Shown here: positions 61,000-64,000 of the stretch, one piece after another | How the letters are laid out: every line of letters begins with the position of its first letter | How positions within the stretch are numbered: position 1 is the stretch's first letter | Notes under the pieces: generated by a model | The model's database searches: none | The model's input: the letters and a program-made list of their open reading frames with translations, nothing else | Told to the model about the DNA's origin: nothing | Assembly: GCA_002269645.1 (NCBI GenBank) | Contig: NIVC01000056.1 | Location: 806,001 to 870,000, forward strand | Reading direction: 5' to 3' | Origin: Macrostomum lignano | Taxonomy: Eukaryota | DNA: 64,000 nucleotides | Made by a program: the position numbers and the translations under genes

Positions 61000-61280
61000 G
61001 CCCTAGTCCCTAAAGTACATTCTAGGTCATTCCAAACCCAGTCTTCAAAGTACATTCTAGGTCACTCCACACCTAGTATTCAAAGTACATTCTAGGTCAC
61101 TCCACACCTAGTATTCAAAGTACATTCTAGGTCACTCCACACCTAGTCTTCAAAGTACATTCTAGGTCACTCCAACCTAGTCTTCAAAGTACATTCTAGG
61201 TCACTCCAAACCTAGTCTTCAAAGTACATTCTAGGTCACTCCACACCTAGTCTTCAAAGTTCGTTCTAGGTCACTTCGCA
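61000..61280. repeat. About 35-bp minisatellite (CTAGTCTTCAAAGTACATTCTAGGTCACTCCACAC), Shal intron 3
   Basis: Tandem copies are visible. Confidence 0.9.
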
Positions 61281-61425
61281 TCTAGTAGCTAATCCTTATC
61301 TATTCACCTAGTATTTCAAGTTCATATATATATTGGTTTTGATTTGCTGCCACAAAAAAATAAGGAGTGTAGTATTAAAAGCATTATAAATCATATTTAA
61401 GCTTGAAATTATATCCTACATTCAG

Positions 61426-61769
61426 GCCCGAGAAGTAATGAGCGTTATCGATTTAGTAGCCATCCTGCCATACTACATTGGCCTATTCATGCCCGACAAC
61501 AAAGACTTGAGCGGCGCATTCGTCACTCTGCGAGTATTTCGAGTGTTTCGAATTTTCAAATTCTCCCGCCATTCGATGGGATTGAGAATTCTTGGCTACA
61601 CTTTGCAGTCTTGCGCCTCCGAACTGGGCTTCCTACTGTTCTCAATGTCTATGGCCGTTATCATATTTGCCACTGTTATGTATTACGCCGAGAAAAACCA
61701 GCCAGATACTGGATTCTCATCCATACCTGCATCGTTTTGGTATACTATTGTTACTATGACAACGTTAGG
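61426..61769 (+). CDS. KCND: Shal/Kv4 exon 4 (S3-S5 and pore helix)
   Basis: [14 protein letters not shown]4 [45 protein letters not shown]. Confidence 0.96.
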
Positions 61770-62049
61770 GTGAGTGGGCTGAACTGGTATCTTCTGTTAG
61801 ATCTATAGCCTTTTAGGTTAAATCTAAAAATTTCGGACATGTCAGTAATGTCTCTTGTGGTTTACAATATTTTATATATGGCTAACTAGTTGGTCAAACT
61901 CCCAGAGGACTAAGGGCAGGCCAATGCAGTTAGTATGATTTTTATAAAGGTTTAGATGGTAAACTAAGATCACAAAGTACTTTTTGAAATCTGGCTAGAA
62001 ATTTCAACTATCTTTTTCTGATGCTGTTTAGAGAGAATGTTTTAAGTAC

Positions 62050-62950
62050 AGGCTCTGTAGTGACTTCTTGTGGTAATCTGAAGGATTGGAGGGTGTCACT
62101 CTGGAGTAATAAAGAGTGTCACTCGAGTATTCAGGGTTATCACTCTAGAATATTGGAGGGTGTCACTCTGAAGTGTTGGAAGGTGTCACTCTGGATTATT
62201 GGAATGTGTAACTCTAGAGTATTTGGAGGGTTTCACTCTAGAGTATTGAAGTTGTAGGATGTCCCTTTGGAATATTAAAGGTGTCACTCTGGAGTATTGG
62301 AAGGTGTCACTGGAGTATTAAGGGGTGTCACTCTGGAGTATTGGAAGGTTTCGCTGGAGTATTGAAGAGTGGCACTCTGGAGTATTGGAAGGTGTCACTG
62401 GAGTATTGACGGGTGTCACTCTGAGTATTGGAAGGTTTCGCTGGAGTATTGAAGAGTGGCACTCTGGAGTATTGGAAGGTGTCACTGGAGTATTGAGAGG
62501 TGTCACTCTGGAGTATTGGAAGGTTTCGCTGGAGTATTCAAGAGTGGCACTCTGGAGTATTGGAAGGTGTCACTGGAGTATTGAGGGGTGTCACTCTGGA
62601 GTATTGGAAGGTTTCGCTGGAGTATTGAAGAGTGGCACTCTGGAGTATTGGAAGGTGTCACTGGAGTATTGAAGAGTGGCACTCTGGAGTATTGAAGGGT
62701 GGCACTCTGGAGTACTCAAAGGGTGGCTCTCTGGAGTACTCAAGGGTGTCACTAGAGTATTGAGGGTGGCACTCCGGGGTATTAAAAGGTTGTCACTCTG
62801 GAGTATTGGAAGGTTGTTACTCTGGAGTATTGGAAGGTGTCACTGGAGCATTGGAGGGTGTCACTTTGGAGTATTGGAGGGTGTCACTCTGGAGTATTGG
62901 AGGGTGTCACTGGAGTACATGTATTGAAGGGTATCAGTCTAAAGTACTCA
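62050..62950. repeat. Degenerate 21-23 bp minisatellite (TCACTCTGGAGTATTGGAAGGTG), Shal intron 4
   Basis: Tandem variants are visible. Confidence 0.9.
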
Positions 62951-63091
62951 AGGCTGTCGCGTCACTCTAAAGGATTAGGGTGGTAAGATGAAACTTGCAT
63001 AGATCAAACACAGCAGTTAACAGAAAATATCTTATTGCTGTTAAAGTAGACCAGGTAAATAAAAATGGTAATGTGCTTCACCAATTTGCAG

Positions 63092-63254
63092 GTACGGCGA
63101 CATTGTCCCGGCAACCATAATGGGGAAAATAGTGGGCGGAGTTTGCTCTCTATCCGGCGTGCTGGTAATAGCCCTGCCCGTGCCAGTTATTGTCAGCAAT
63201 TTCTCTCGGATCTATCATCAGAATCAGCGGGCTGACAAGAGAAAGGCGGAAAAG
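63092..63254 (+). CDS. KCND: Shal/Kv4 exon 5 (GYGD filter, S6)
   Basis: GG|G TAC GGC GAC gives TLGYGDIVP. Then [29 protein letters not shown]. Confidence 0.96.
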
Positions 63255-63349
63255 GTTTATGTTTTATTGTAATATCTGTGCATCCCCCCAACATGGGATT
63301 AGTTGATTTGGATCCCATTGCTCAAGATGGAATTGAGAACTCCTTCGAT

Positions 63350-63610
63350 TATGTAACCCCTAAATCCCAAATCCCTTTCAAAGTGTAACTGAGATCCCAA
63401 ATCCCCTCCAATGTGTGATTGAGGTCCCTAATCCCCATCAAGGTGTGACTGAGATCCCAAATCCCCTCCAAGGTGTAACTGAGATCCCAAATCCCCATCA
63501 AGGTGTAACTGAGATCCCAAATCCCCATCAAGGTGTAACTGAGATCCCAAATCCTCTTAATGTGTGACTGAGATCCCAAATCCCCTCCAAGGTGTAACTG
63601 AAATCCCAAA
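63350..63610. repeat. The same 30-bp minisatellite as 59410-59890, in Shal intron 5
   Basis: Same unit and orientation. Confidence 0.9.
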
Positions 63611-63655
63611 TTTCGAATGCTATCTAATAATCCTATTTGCGTAACATTGTTGCAG

Positions 63656-63916
63656 AAATCCCGCCTAGCTCGCATCCGGTTGGTCAAAGCCACTTCCGGT
63701 GCAGCATTCATTGCTAGCAAGCTGCGCTGCAGTGGATCCGCCGATGCAGCCGCACTCGCAGCCGCTTCTGGTGCATCAGACGAGCATCTAGCAGGCAATC
63801 ATAGCGCCGCCGCTTCGGCCGCGTCTAACGCTGTTGCTGCTGCTACCTCCGCGGCCGTTGCTGGGCCATTTGAACGGCAGCATTATCATTTGCTCACCTG
63901 TCTGGAGCGCACGACT
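63656..63916 (+). CDS. KCND: Shal/Kv4 exon 6 (proximal C-terminus); the gene continues beyond the window
   Basis: KSRLARIRLVK, an Ala-rich linker, and FERQHYHLLTCLERTT (Kv4 C-terminal motif). Donor GTGAGT. Confidence 0.92.
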
Positions 63917-64000
63917 GTGAGTTCAAGACGCCTAAAAAGTACAAAAAATCACATCGGAAATAACTTATTAGATGACGAGGAATTGGCTTCTAATGCTACA

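Noticed and set aside
59359-63798. ORFs such as GIWDLSHTLE... and WSIEEWHSGV... in Shal introns
   Set aside because: These are translations of minisatellites. Shal exon phases join correctly without them.

Overview
This is animal genomic DNA with spliceosomal introns and dense repeats. The composition and repeat types suggest a free-living flatworm such as Macrostomum, but that assignment is inference. Host genes: the 5' exons of DHTKD1 (minus strand), an orphan 946-codon Q/S/K-rich ORF, a secreted C-type lectin gene, a secreted Cys-rich protein, a MORN4/retinophilin-like gene, and six exons of a Shal/Kv4 (KCND) channel that runs off the window. The most notable structure is a 6.6-kb CACTA/EnSpm (CMC) DNA transposon at 22262-28870, with CACTG termini and a TA target duplication. 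It sits inside the lectin ORF, and removing it restores the lectin frame exactly. It encodes a C2H2-transposase broken only by two single-base homopolymer deletions, plus a second ORF whose N-terminus looks like a CIDE-N (CAD/DFF) domain. Other elements: a full-length LOA-like LINE nested in an RTE LINE (12-bp TSD), hAT and MULE-like MITEs, two tRNA-derived SINE families (one CORE-like), decayed piggyBac and mariner fragments, a 3.5-kb satellite with an ~836-bp higher-order repeat, and many intronic minisatellites. All coordinates were counted by hand. Family assignments come from remembered motifs, not database searches.
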